From NCBI RefSeq assembly GCF_006345805.1, contig NC_043010.1, forward strand, positions 39,680,001 through 39,744,000: DNA of 64,000 bases, read 5' to 3'. The DNA comes from Octopus sinensis (Eukaryota). The translations under genes and the position numbers were made by a program. Positions 1 through 12,993 of the stretch are shown here, in pieces. Numbering within the stretch: position 1 is the stretch's first letter; each line of letters starts with the position of its first letter. The notes under the pieces are model-generated. The model ran no database searches and was not told where the DNA came from. It saw nothing but the letters and a program-made list of their open reading frames with translations.

Positions 1-45
1 ATCGAAATCGCAATCCTACGACCGCGAGTCGCTGCCCTAACCCTA
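1..45 (-). mobile_element. Partial tRNA-like SINE head (family D), cut by the window edge
   Basis: Reverse complement matches the heads at 35239 and 47211 (ttagggcagc..actcgcggtcgtaggat.gcg.tttcgat). Confidence 0.7.
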
Positions 46-62
46 TATGAGAAATATATTCA

Positions 63-240
63 GCGCAAGCATGGCTGTGTGCCAAGAATTTTGCTTCCCA
101 ACCGGATTCTTCCGGGTTCATTCCCATTGCGTTGCACCTTGGGCAAATGACTTTTAGTATGGTCCAGGTCAACTCAAAGCATGGTGAATGAGTTTAGTAG
201 ACGGAAACTGAAAGAAGCTTGTCGTAAATATACGTACATA
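63..240 (+). mobile_element. tRNA-derived SINE, family A (5' half)
   Basis: gcatggctgtgtg..ggttca..cccattgcgttgcaccttgggcaa..gtagacggaaactgaaagaagc followed by (TA)n(TG)n. Homologous to 6221, 20125, 49840 and 57950. Confidence 0.8.
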
Positions 241-275
241 TATATATATGTTTGTGTGTGTGTGTGTGTGTGTGT

Positions 276-835
276 AACGCATAACCTGCAGTTACTTGTT
301 ATGTTTCTTTTCGTTATATGTTTTGGGTAATTTCAGTTGGTATGGCTCTGATCATGTGTTGCAATTAAAAATCCTTCAGTGCTGGGATTTTTCTCTGTTT
401 ATTTCTTTTGCATTTATTTTAGCCCAGTATTTGCCATGAAGGGGCTTTTCTTGCAATCGTTTTATCAAGGTCCGTTGCTTTCTAGTTGTAGATTGGATTT
501 CATTTGTTTTATACCTTTTGTTGTTGTTTCTTCTTTTTCTTCATAGTTGTTAGGTAGTATGAATTCTTGGTTGTATTTGTTAGCTTCCTTAAAAACCGAA
601 AACAGATTTTTGTTTTGCTCGTGCTTTGTGGCTATTTGTATTAGTTTTCCTTGCTTCTGAAGTAGGTATTTTTGAAGTCCTATGGTGGTTATCTTATAAT
701 AGTTTGCAGATGTATCAGGCCTCTACAACCTTCTATACGTTGTATATATAGTCTTTCTAAGTCAGATTTTGCGGTGTGCAACCTAGATCCTGTCATTGTT
801 TTCCTTGTTTTCCTGTCTATTTTGGTGATTTAAGG
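276..835 (-). pseudogene. R4/Dong-clade (restriction-like endonuclease type) non-LTR retrotransposon fragment, RT thumb to zinc-knuckle region
   Basis: Manual minus-strand translation gives KIDRKTRKTMTGSRLHTAKSDLERLYIQRIEGCRGLIHL and TEGFLIATHDQS..NY.KHI.KRNITSNCRLC, with frameshifts and stops. These match R4/Dong motifs as I recall them. Confidence 0.75.
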
Positions 836-870
836 ATAACTAATAACAATACAATACTCAGTTAAGGATA

Positions 871-872
871 TT

Positions 873-903
<31 letters not shown>

Positions 904-935
904 CATTGTTGTTGTTGCTGTTGTTGTTGTTATTG
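871..935. repeat. (ATT)n/(GTT)n microsatellite
   Basis: Visible trinucleotide array. Confidence 0.95.
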
Positions 936-939
936 TTAT

Positions 940-1095
940 AGGCGATCTGCCCCTTCATTCAGAGTTAAAATTTCGCCGAGGTCGACTTTAACTTTCACCC
1001 TTTCCGAGTCAATGAAATCAGTACCAGTTAATTACTGGAGTCCATGTAATCGACTCTCCCCCACTCTCTAAAATTTCAGGCCTTGCATCTGTAAT
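940..1095 (+). mobile_element. SINE family B, degenerate
   Basis: gagttaaaatttcgccgaggtcgacttt..ctttcaccctttc..agtaccagt..ctggagtccatgtaatcgact, matching the copies at 39640 and 40443. Confidence 0.7.
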
Positions 1096-1099
1096 AGAA

Positions 1100-1129
1100 A
1101 GGATTATTATCATCATCATCATCAGTATG

Positions 1130-1171
<42 letters not shown>

Positions 1172-1220
1172 GTTGTTGTTGTTATTGTCATTATCATTAT
1201 TATTATTATCATTATTACCA

Positions 1221-1251
<31 letters not shown>

Positions 1252-1425
1252 CATTATTATCATTATTATTATTATTATCATTATTATTATTATCATTATC
1301 ATTATTATTATTATCATTATTATTATCATCATTATTATTATTATTGTTATTATGATTATTATTATTAATATTATTATCATTATTATTATTATGATCATTA
1401 TTATTATTATTATTATTATTATTAG
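1100..1425. repeat. Compound (ATT/ATC/GTT)n array
   Basis: Visible array. It generates the poly-I/L ORFs in the track. Confidence 0.95.
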
Positions 1426-4400
1426 TTTCGGGCCTTGGAGTTTTCTGTTATCAATAGTATATTTCATATTGCTCTATGTTAATCTTTAATTGTACCGAGG
1501 CTCCTTTGAGAGTTAGAAAAAGCTATTCTCAGTGTCAGAATATAAAAAAAATCTTTCCAAGCCACATGTTTTTTAAACACGTCATATAACAATCTAGAAC
1601 AGTGACTTTCACATTTTTCTGACAGATTATGAGATTCTGTTCACTTGCGAGTGCTAAGAAAATAGTGATTTATACGCAAAGGTTACCGAGAAGATATAAT
1701 TTCTTGAAATTAATTGAAACAGCTGACCTTACTAAATATATTTATGATACAGTAGTTCAAAATTAATTTATATAAAACGATTTGTCACATTGACAGAATT
1801 TCAAAATTTATAGGCAAAGATTACAGTCGATTGAGTTATCCACGGTATGTGGCTATTAATTATGTTATTGATTCAAGATGAAAAGAAAATAGAAATAACG
1901 TCAAATCTGATAAGGTTGGAACTAACTATTTAGATGGATAATTCACAGTCCGTCTGCGTATATAGTCACTCGTTAAGCAGTTTCTTCAATAGCAACGGTC
2001 GAGGGAATGATTTTAATTTAAAATGCTACAATCCAAGGATTATTGAGTGATAAATTCATTATATTCGTAAATCTATAAAACGGCGGACATCTGCTGAATT
2101 ATATCATGACAATGTTGTATAAAAAGTTTAGTGTCAATAGCAGAAATATAAGGATGTAGCTATAAAACTCTTACTCTCAGCTTGTTTAAGGTGTATCAGA
2201 TATCGGTGAGGATATATTCAAGTGGTTAAGAATTTCAGCTTCCACCCATGAAATAACTTGGGCAGGTGTCCTAAACCACAGGTCTCGTTTGGCTCGTGGC
2301 CCAAACATTACAAAAATGTCAAATCAATATCAACGTTCGGAATTAATTCTCTGATTTTATGATCAAAACAGTTTAAGAGACGATAGCATTGGGACAGATA
2401 ATTTTATCTTTACTAAAACTCTCTAACCACAAGACACTGTTGAGTGTAAAATTCTTAAATTTATTTGAAGTTTGCAATTACGTTCATCTTTAATGTTAGT
2501 GTATGCACATAGAAAACCTAAAAATATGTTTTCTAGTAAACACCAAGTGAGATTTTAAAACCTATTGAGATGATTTCATCAGTGTTGTTTTGCTCTCTCA
2601 TAGCATTGTAGACCAAATCCTAACCGCGCGTACAGCATAATATCTTTGGTAGTCTTGATGTAGGACATCATTTAGTTTGCCGCTCTTTCATAATATTTGT
2701 AACGGAAAATAAAGCATGTTCTTTTTTAGGCGATGCTAGCTCTTATGCCATTACCACTGAGCCACCAACTTTATTAAAATATCATTTGATGACGATTTTA
2801 TATCAGAATTATGAGCAACCAATTACACAACATCCACATTTCGGCACGTATCACGTGTCGCAACAATCTATTCAGAAGCGTCTCATAACTACCGCAATGG
2901 GCTTGTTATTATTTTACGTCAATGATTGTGTGTGTTGGTGTCATAAAATTACAACAGATTAGTAATTCTTCTCAGTACACTTTGAATTTGTTGACAGTTT
3001 TATAGCGCTTGATTTCTTTAAGCAAAAATTGCGTTTATTTCAGTGTTACGCGACACATCTCAGCATAGTAGCGGTTGTAAGGAATCTTACGACACAAATA
3101 TGGGAATTGTTTCACAATTATTGTCTGATTCATATTCATAATGGTCAGAGATTTGTATTCCAATACTCAGGATTTATATTGGTACATGGTAGAGAACTAA
3201 CACCACAGAGTCAAAACTGTGTGAATTTTCTGGATATGTTCTTGGGAATTAGTTACTAAGGTCGAGCCATCAGCAAATGGAATTTCGTGCATTCAGATAT
3301 TGTACGCTATCTGTAGGATCCTAATATGGATATGTTCAACAACCAGCATCTTCTCGTGTGAGAATATACAGTAAGAGAATGTTGGAAGGTTATAGTCGTC
3401 GAAGATTAGCCCTTTCAAAATGGTACATGGCGAAAGACAATCATAGAACGTACAAAATTAGTGTGTTGTATTCTTTTAACTAGAGGGTGTGAAGGTAGGA
3501 ATAGAGTCATTTGCTGTCATGGAACCTCCAAATCTGGTAAGATGGATACAGCAGCAAACAAAAAGTGAGTTCCAGAGATCTGGCTTTGTAGCAATAATCT
3601 ATTAGGTATGGTGTTTAACACGAGAATTGAATGACGAGGTGTGGACTCAAATAGTGTGATGAGAAAAAAAGCTGAGTGGGTCGGAAATGCCTGAGAAAGA
3701 ATAACAAACCAAGCGACTTCGTGTATCAGAGGAGATTATAGCAGTTATAGAATAAGTAGAGGGTAGAGATATCGCACTGTGGGTAAGAGCATGCGACGTC
3801 TCTGAGCGACAGTAAGGAAATAAGGCGAATGGTATTTTTATGGATGTCGTCCGGATGGCATATTTCAAATAGCAATCAGAGAATATAATGAAGTAGCAAT
3901 GTAAGAAACTTTTTGAGTTCTAAATTGCTGATTATAGGTGACATTCACCAACTATAATGAGGTGACACGCTGACAGGCATTAAATAGATTTAAATGATTC
4001 ATTACATTTGTGAATGACAGGGCAGAGAAGCTTAGCTCTGTGGCCAGGATGAAATATCTCCGTGATAGTAGTTTCAAATAATAATCTTATGAGACTTATG
4101 ACTCACTGACTATATTTTAAGTTTATTGATTACACGAAAAAATCACTGAATCCGGCATGGCAAGATTCGTTCTTTCGTTAGACTTCTTCAAACGACTTGT
4201 TACATATAGAAATACGAAATCAATCAACTAGTTGTATTTAATCTTCATTAGGTAATGCTGACTTGTGCGTAATGAAACGAAATATAGTTTGAAGAGAAAT
4301 GAACTTGCATTGTAAATGTACTTTACCCCCAGTGTACAAGCAATCTACCTGATAAAGATATTTTACGAAAGTAACTGCATAGATAAAACGATTGGATAGT

Positions 4401-5161
4401 TTGGCTAAGTTAATAGTGTTCTGCAAGCTGATATATATCATGAGGGAAATTACAACTACGTGAGTTTCATATAACAAGGAACGACAAAATCATTTTATTG
4501 AACGCATATCTGGAACACCCTCCATTAATATCAAGTAGGTATTCACGAGATGTTACAACGAATTCAATAATTCTCGATTAAAGATCTAGTGCTTCTCAAG
4601 ATAATTAAATTCAACAACGAATAAACAGGGAAGGCAAATTTATAAGCAGAGTATATTTGTGCTAAGCAGGAATAATCTTCACAGAAAGAATAATCTACTG
4701 GCGCAATAAGTACGTAATTCAATCAAAGTTCCCGTTTGTTTTATCAAGATCTACATTTGGATGGGAAATGTTAGCTAATAACAAGTAATACTAATACAGC
4801 CACGCATACACACGCAAGCAAGCGTCATGTACGAAGAAGCATAATGTCTCAGAGAAAATTCTATATAGTTTTAGTCACTTAGCCAATTATATACATAGCG
4901 ATACCCAGACACAATCAATAGCACTTATATTAGTGTGTGTCGAGATGCATTTGACATTGTATTCAGTTATGTCGATCTGAAAATATGAACACATATTGAA
5001 ATAGGAACATATCTCTTGGAGATGACGCACTGGTTGATCTGTATTTCACCCTCACCCTCTCTCCCTCTCTCTTTTTCGTTTCTTCCTTTGCACAAACACT
5101 CACAAACTCGCAAAAGCACATACAAACACACAAAAACACATACACACATATGTATAACTGC

Positions 5162-5212
<51 letters not shown>

Positions 5213-5694
5213 CAGACAAGTATATACATATTCAATTTACATATATATTATTTGCATTATACACACACGAATATGTGTATATATGCATGCGTGTATATAT
5301 CTATATATCTGTATCTTTCGGTGTCAGTCTACCTATCAATTAGCCTGTCCGTCAGTCAAAAATCTCCCAGTATGTATATATATATCAACACAAATGCACG
5401 CATAAAGATACATGCACGCACGCACAAACAAAGGCTCACAGACACACAATCACACACACATGTCTTAGTATACAAACTAAAGAAGTAGTACTCAATATGT
5501 GGTTCGATTTACATGTATTTAATAGTACTTTGGTTCACCTTCGCTACATACATATTTGCAAACATACATACAAACAAAAATACTCCATTTTTGATGTTGA
5601 AAACCCGATGAAGGAGCCATGAATCTGAGTTAAAAACCGACATTTTCACTATTAGCAAGAAATATTAAAGTATAACTGAACAATGAGATATATA

Positions 5695-5736
5695 CATGCA
5701 TAAATACATACATACATACATACATACATACATACA

Positions 5737-5772
<36 letters not shown>

Positions 5773-5790
5773 TATTTATATATATACATA
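5695..5790. repeat. (TACA)n + (TA)n microsatellite
   Basis: Visible array. Confidence 0.9.
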
Positions 5791-5925
5791 TATAGTTAAT
5801 CCAAACATGAAAACACAAAGAGAAAGCATAACAACGCGAGGACGTGGAACAAGTATAGTATTATTGGACGCTCAGGAAAGGAAGGGAAGATGAAGGGAAA
5901 AAAATCGCCAACGGTACACACACAG

Positions 5926-5979
<54 letters not shown>

Positions 5980-6220
5980 GCATATATATACGTACGTACG
6001 TACATACACACAAACACATAGGAGTTAGGTAAAGACATTAGCTAACAATTGTTTCTGCTATAAGATGTTGCATGAGGTAGCAGAGGTCGGAGTTCTGGCG
6101 TCGCATTGTGAACGTAGCTGCAATGTAATGATAGCGGATACGTAAAAACCTAATAAATAATGTCTCATAAATAATTGCATTCGGTATCATCACATGCACT
6201 ATAGCATGCACTGTAGATTC

Positions 6221-6376
6221 AGAAGTGGCTGTGTGGTAAGCTGTCTTGCTTATCAATCACATGCTTCCGAGTTCCGTCCCACTGCGTGTCACCTTGAGCA
6301 AGTGTATTCCACTATATCTCGGGACGACCAAATCCTTGTGAGTGGATTTGTAGACGATGACTTCAAGAAGCCTGTC

Positions 6377-6380
<4 letters not shown>
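6221..6380 (+). mobile_element. SINE family A
   Basis: agtggctgtgtggtaag (A-box-like)..gagttccgtcccactgcgtg (B-box-like)..ttgtgagtggattt..gaagcctgtcgta, then (TA)n. Confidence 0.85.
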
Positions 6381-6428
<48 letters not shown>

Positions 6429-7419
6429 TACCATTAAAGACCCGTCGTTGCCGGGTCATAGTCCTAGTGCATGTATATATGTGTATATATATGTGTACAT
6501 ATTACATGTACATCTATATATAAACATCTACACAAAATACAAAATAAAAAGTTATATCTTGATATCGCTAGTGATAACAATACTCAAAATATATAACAGA
6601 CTGGAATTGTTAGCCCGTCTCTTGTAATTTCGATCAATTGTATCTTGTCCTCCCTCTTGTATAGAAGTGTGGCTACAATCCGACGGCTGCAGCGAAATTC
6701 ATTTTTGGACTTTCTTCTATCGAAGATATTTTAACAAAATTACTTCTGTGTAAACGGTGAAAGTATTGTCAATTTCCCCAAACAGGGACACAATTCAATT
6801 TCTAAACAATAACCAAAGCTCCTTCTCTCAAAGGGGGAGGGTTACGGTTTACAATTATTTAACAAATGCAACACACAACGCTTCCCTTACGAGGAACCAA
6901 CAAACGGGACAACAATAGTTAAACAGAAATAATAATAACAACAAACCTTACGGTAAACCAAAAGGCAGTACTCTGTTGAAGCTATAGGCCTTTATGGATC
7001 AGAAATAAACTAACAGCGGTACTCAGTAGAATGCTTAATGCTAGCTAATTAGCAAATAATCTAATGTAAAAGCCGTGCACACCTCCATCTGGACTATTCC
7101 ATTTCTACACTTAAATTTTATTTTTTATTTATTCCCATTCATGTGAAACCACTGATTCAAGTTCAAGTCATTGATGCAATTTTATACCAATTGCTATATT
7201 TTTACTTTTGTTATGTTACGATAATATTATACTTGTGTTTATTTTTAATTATTACTTACTACATATAATTCAATTGTTATTATTATTTTTATTGTTAAAG
7301 TGAAAGTATCTGACATAAAATAGAGAAATGTTTTTGTTTCACTTTTAACACGTAATACTGAAATAGTGGAGAAGATATGATAATGCTATGGACTCGCTCT
7401 AGGCAAGAATTTGAACATT

Positions 7420-7556
7420 TTTTTGCCCATAAAACTACATGGACCCTAAGTAAGGCATGTGTAAAATTTGAATGAAATTGGTTGTGTAGTTCTCAAGTTT
7501 TAGGGAAACACGCAGACAGACAGACAGACATTCTCAGTTTTATATATATAAAGATA
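7420..7556 (+). mobile_element. 3' end of a non-autonomous Helitron/Helentron-like repeat
   Basis: Ends (CAGA)n-cattctcagttttatatatataaagat, similar to the 3' end of the element at 44781-45297. Confidence 0.5.
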
Positions 7557-7557
7557 T

Positions 7558-7893
7558 GAAGGTGCATGGCTCAGTGATTAGAGCGTCTAGCTTACGATCG
7601 TGAAGTTGTGAGCTCGAATCTCGGACCGGGCTGCGTGTTGTGTTCTTGAGCAAGACACTTTATTTCACTTTGCTCCAGTTCACTCCGCTGTAGAAATGAG
7701 CTGCGACGTCGCAGTTGCCAAACTGTATCGGCCTTTGACCTTCCCTTGGATAACCCTGGTGGCGTGGAGAGGGGAGACCGGTATGCATGGGCAACTGCTG
7801 GTCTTCCATAAACAACCTTGCCCGGACTTGTGCCTGGGAGGGTAACTTTCTAGGTGCAATCCCATGGTCTGTGTCTTGACCGAAGGGGTTCTC
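7558..7893 (+). mobile_element. tRNA-derived SINE family C, full length
   Basis: tggctcagtgattagagcg (A box)..agctcgaatc (B box)..cttgagcaagacacttt..gctccagttcact. Inverted homolog at 10072-10408. Confidence 0.85.
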
Positions 7894-8134
7894 AGATATA
7901 TAATTTAATAAACTCCACAACGTAAGCGAGCAACACAAGTTGTCATACCTCTTATATGTATATAATATAATTTTTCTGAATCTTCAGATTTTTTCTACAT
8001 GCTAGACCACTGGTTTTAAATTGATATTAATCAAATTACGTTATGGCGTTTGCTAAATTGTCTTGAGAAACATTCCTTTCTTAGTGATAGATATATATAT
8101 ATATATAATATATATAGATATATATATTATATAT

Positions 8135-8210
8135 AGGGAGAATTCACAAAAAAAAAAACAAAAGGCGAAGACAGGTGGTTTAGAAAACAAACAGATGTAT
8201 TAGTATAACG
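8135..8210 (-). repeat. Fragment of a dispersed repeat shared with 33840-34115 and 63848-64000
   Basis: caaaag.cgaaga..ggt...aaacaaac..atgtattagt.taacgc is shared among the three loci. Confidence 0.6.
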
Positions 8211-8324
8211 CATATATATATTATATATATATTAGATAATATATATATGTTATATGTATATATATTATATATATTATATATATATATATATATATTCTAT
8301 ATATTACAATATATATGTTGTGTT

Positions 8325-8522
8325 TTCTGTGCCTGTGTTTTGGTCCCCACCCTCACTTTGTACATATGTTGGTGCGCTTACGTCCCCGTAACTTAGCGGT
8401 TCGGTAAAAGGATTCGTTAATATAAGTACTAAGCTTCCAAAAATAAGTCCTGGCGTCGGTTTGTTCGACTAAAGGCGGTGCTCCAGCATGGCCGCTGTCA
8501 AATGACTGAAACAAATAAAGGA
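8325..8522 (+). mobile_element. SINE family A 3' module
   Basis: tacgtccccgtaacttagcggttcgg..aataagtcct..gttcgactaaaggcggtgctccagcatggccgc..aaatgactgaaac. Also at 9510-9660, 57335-57482 and, inverted, 57850-57950. Confidence 0.75.
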
Positions 8523-9100
8523 ATATATATATAAGTGTATATACATATTTGTCTGTGTGTGTGATAGAGGAAAAACAGAGTAAAGACGTAGAGATTTAGA
8601 AACACACGCCATAAAATTTGTTTGTTCTTTACTTTCATATATTCACAAAATTAGCGTGCTCAATAAAGTCTGACGCTAGAAATATGTAGAGTCTGCGAAC
8701 GTGTAATTTAGATATACAAAACATCTACCCAGACATAAACTCGTTAACATAATCAGAAAACGTTTCTGTTTGTAAACATAAGAAGAAACTTTTACGAGAT
8801 AATCAGAAACACTTACAGCGACGTTTTACACGAAAATAAAACAGAGACAATACAGAGAAGGAAATCAATATAGAAGCACAGCATACAGAAGTTAAAATTA
8901 ACTTCCAGAGCACAGAGGGAAAAAATAGCTTTTATCACCTTCGTAGATCATATAAACACTTCTAGAGCCTACTACGGCAGATTTAGTTTATTCTTTCGAG
9001 ACAAACCTGAACTAATTTTCTTTCAATCGTATACGATATAGATACACTGTGTGCTTAAGAAACCGCGGGAAGACGTATATGTTATACATAATCTATAATA

Positions 9101-9154
<54 letters not shown>

Positions 9155-9509
9155 AATTCTGGTGTCGATAGTTTGTACTTTGAGTTCGCATTTTAATTTT
9201 TCAAGGTTAAGTTTAGTAAGTGAACTACTTTTCTCCGAGAATTGTCTGAAGCATGATAAAGAATTGTCTGAATGCAGGATAAATGTTAAAACCATTATGT
9301 ACACTATTTCTTGTAATTTCCACTCTTTTGTCATTATAAAAAATATTAAAATGCATTTATATATGTGTATAAATTAATGAAAATCGCAGGTATGAATGTA
9401 TGAAAGTATGGATGTATGATTGTATGAAAAGGAAATAAACGAAATTCAAAATACACCCAGAATATATGAATATTCTCAAATCAAACGTTACATGGTAATA
9501 ATATGTGAA

Positions 9510-9660
9510 CCTAGGGGTGTCAACATCTCATTTTGGTGATTAAAACAATGGAGCATCGATAGAATAAATACTAGGCTTACAGAGAACGAATCCAAGGATC
9601 GATTTGTTCGACTACAGGCAATGTTCCAGCATGGTCGCAGTTCAATGACTGGAAGAATTA
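9510..9660 (+). mobile_element. SINE family A 3' module, degenerate
   Basis: gatagaataaatactaggcttac..gatttgttcgacta..ccagcatggtcgcag..aatgactg. Confidence 0.65.
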
Positions 9661-9744
9661 AAACAATTAAGAAACATGACGTTTTAATCCCGTGCATCGC
9701 CGGGTATCTCTGCCAGTCTATTTTATAATATATAATATATATAT

Positions 9745-9783
<39 letters not shown>

Positions 9784-10034
9784 TGTCGATATATGTTTGT
9801 ATACATATATACATGTATAGATGTATATGTATATATATTTATATATCAAATAATTTATAATTATATACATAATTATAACACGTGATCGGCTTCACGCCTC
9901 ACCACTCACTGCGAAAAATAGACGCTAAAGCCCCTATTGCCACTTTAAAATCCCCGAGAATAACACACTAGATTGTAGGCGGGTAAAAGAAAAATAATGA
10001 ATCAACACGGTGCGGTTTACTGCGTACAAGATTT

Positions 10035-10067
<33 letters not shown>

Positions 10068-10071
10068 GTGT

Positions 10072-10408
10072 GTGACCCCCTTCGGTCAGACACTGACCAT
10101 GGGTTTGCACCTAGAGAGTTACCCTCTGAGGCACAAGTCTGGGCAAGGTTGTTTTATGGAAGACCAGCAGTCGCCCATGCATACCGGCCTCCCCTCTCCA
10201 CGTCACCGATGTTGTCCAAGGGAAAGGCAAGGGCCGATACAGCTTGGCACCTGTGACGTCGCAACTCATTTCTACAGCTGAGTGAACTGGAGCAACGTGA
10301 AATAAAGTGTCTTGCTCAAGAACACAACACGCAGCCCGGTCCGGGGTTCGAGCTCACAACCTCACGATCGTAAGCTCGATGCTCTAACCACTGAGCCACG
10401 CGCCTTAT
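10072..10408 (-). mobile_element. tRNA-derived SINE family C, full length
   Basis: Reverse complement of 7558-7893, roughly 85% identical by eye. Confidence 0.85.
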
Positions 10409-11020
10409 ATATATATGTCTGTATGTATTTTATGTATATATGTATGCATATGCATTTAACCGGATTCACATTTGATTGTCAGAAGTCTACGTCATGTCGA
10501 CCATTGTCACATTATATGTCATTTCTAGCCGTTGTTCTAAAAAAAATTTAGTTCTATTTATAGGAAGCATGGCTCAGAACGCTGCTAGTCAATGCAGAGC
10601 TGAATTGTTAAAGAATGTTCATGTGGTTGGGTAAGGGAGTTTTCGGTCATTTTTCCGCTGCGTTCATGAATCTCTTATAGAATAGAGATGTCATATTATA
10701 ATTACAATTATATATTGAGCTATTGAATTAGTTTATAGAAGGATCAAATTCCTCCTCCACAAACACACATGAATACAGAAAGTGAAGAAAGTGTAGAAAG
10801 GTAAAGGAGGTCTTAGTGAAAAAGAAATGAAGGTAACAAAATATTTCCAAAATTAATGTGTAACTGAAGACTTTAAAAGAGAGATAAGAATTAGTAGGGA
10901 ATTTTATACTACCAAAAATAACATTCATAATAAATAGTGAAAGGTACATCTCTGATTTTTATAACCTGCTCAGCTCCTGTTTATATTTGAAATAAACAAT
11001 TTTCCCATATTTGTTTGTGT

Positions 11021-11700
11021 TTAGTCTGTAGTATTTTCTACATATTCATAAAGGGGGAATATAATATATTTCGGAGTTTGGGTTTTTCGGTATATGTCCA
11101 AATGTTCACTGTGTAAGATTAATCTAGTCCTAGTACCTCTTATTTGTTGTCGGTGAATCACTAATCTCATTCCTAATGTGAGCTTGTCGAGTGTGACCTC
11201 CAATATATCCATCAAATTTGAAGACATATACCACATTTTTGAAACACAAATAAAGTTATTTTTCACAATATAAACTTCTGATTTAAATTGAAATGATGTG
11301 TCCTCCAAAAGGTTGAAAGAAATTTCGCGATTGGAGAGACAGCACCTTTTAACTGCTTGGTTTGCTCTGGTAAGTATTTTAATTGTGAAGATTTGGAATT
11401 TGCATTCGATTATTCGTTAAGATGCAAGTAACTTTTAAATTTTTTGGTGTTAGTTCAATAAATGTTATGTTGGAAAATGATGAATATCTCTGAGTTTCTT
11501 GGGTTGTGTGTTGTAGTTAATGGTATATCTAAGCAGTTTCGGCTTGTCATGCTTTTCAAATGTTGTTACCTATTCTTTTCGGCTAGTGTTCTACTTCAGG
11601 TTAGGAAGTGAAAGTTGCTTGCATGGCATGTATATAAACTCACAAAATTTTGAATGTCGGAGTAAATTTTAGACATTTTGATGGCATTTATTCTTTGGAG
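11021..11700 (-). pseudogene. Penelope-like element relic: linker and GIY-YIG endonuclease region
   Basis: ORF 11021-11308 has NNFICVSK..MRLVIHRQQIR..HSEHLD..TPKYIIFPLY, resembling PLE GIY-YIG domains (F.C.S.N.IY..YIG.T..HRQQI..SEH..IFPFY). Heavily decayed. Confidence 0.55.
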
Positions 11701-12339
11701 AGATTTTTGTTGGAAAGATTTATTTTGGGCTTCTTACCTTTTCGTTGTTGAAATATATCGTTCTTGAAATATTTCGTCTGAGTATAAAAATGGTATATAT
11801 ACTTTGCTATTTTGATTGTGTTCTTGAGACTAGTCATTATGTCAGTTTCTTTCCTGTGTTATGGAATCATTTTATTTTTTGTATGTCTGGAAAGAAGTTA
11901 TTATCTATAATAGTTTCACCTGTCATAATACCTGTTGCCGAAGGTGTTCTGTCTTGGTGGCGAGGAGGTTGGATATCATTTTGCGGATATGTTTTGTTTA
12001 ATGGAAATCCTAGTTTTTTTACTTTGGAATTTTTGATGGGTACAATTCTCAATAATTGATGATTGTTTTGTTATCTGTGGGTGTAATTGGTACGATTTTT
12101 GTTTTAAAATACGCTTTCGTATTTGTTAAAACAGAGACAAAGAGAGAGAGAGAGTTCTTCAGTTTTGATGAGATGTCGACTTCTCATTTAAACAGTTTTG
12201 TCTCCAGAGTTTAACTGTGTTGTCAAATAGAACACCTTCGGCTTTTTCGAAATATCCGTTTCAGTATGTTATTCAGCAGATTTAACATTTCCTCCTTTGG
12301 CACTGATCTTAATCACAATAATTGAATTTCCATAGGTAG

Positions 12340-12396
12340 GTAATTAGATAGATGAATAGATAGACAGATAGACAGATAGATAGATGATAGATAGAT

Positions 12397-12429
<33 letters not shown>

Positions 12430-12430
12430 T

Positions 12431-12468
<38 letters not shown>

Positions 12469-12479
12469 TACAGACAGAC

Positions 12480-12554
<75 letters not shown>

Positions 12555-12599
12555 AAGACAGATAGATAGAGCGACAGACAGACAAACCGAAATATAAAT
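12340..12599. repeat. (GATA/GACA)n microsatellite
   Basis: Visible array. Confidence 0.95.
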
Positions 12600-12729
12600 A
12601 TGTTTCTTTACTAGCCACACAGGGCTGCACACAGACGGGACAAATTACAAAATAGAGCTTTTCTTTTGGGGATAAAAGTGGGGTGGTAGTTTTCGATCAA
12701 AAGGGATAAAAAGAGGAAAGCAAAAGCAA
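12600..12729 (-). mobile_element. Very short 5'-truncated copy of the Tx1-like LINE 3' end
   Basis: atgtttcttta.tagccacacagggctgcacacaga..caaattacaa..tagagctttt matches 12994-13055. Also retains cgatcaaaagggat. Confidence 0.85.
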
Positions 12730-12739
12730 CAGACAGACG

Positions 12740-12813
<74 letters not shown>

Positions 12814-12884
12814 GAGATAGATAGATAATTAGACAGACAGATAGACAGGTAGACAAGTAGACAGGTAGACAGACAGACCTAGAT

Positions 12885-12941
<57 letters not shown>

Positions 12942-12993
12942 TTGATAGATCGATGGTAGATAGATAGGTAGGTAGATAGATAGATAGATAGAT
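12730..12993. repeat. (GATA/GACA)n microsatellite
   Basis: Visible array between the two LINE ends. Confidence 0.95.

Noticed and set aside
3260-4700. Microsatellite-free stretch that might hide an exon or old element
   Set aside because: No motif recognised in any frame. It needs tBLASTx or a Dfam search.
7558-7630. tRNA gene call for SINE heads (also 6221, 35239, 47211)
   Set aside because: A and B boxes are present, but there is no complete cloverleaf and they continue into SINE bodies.
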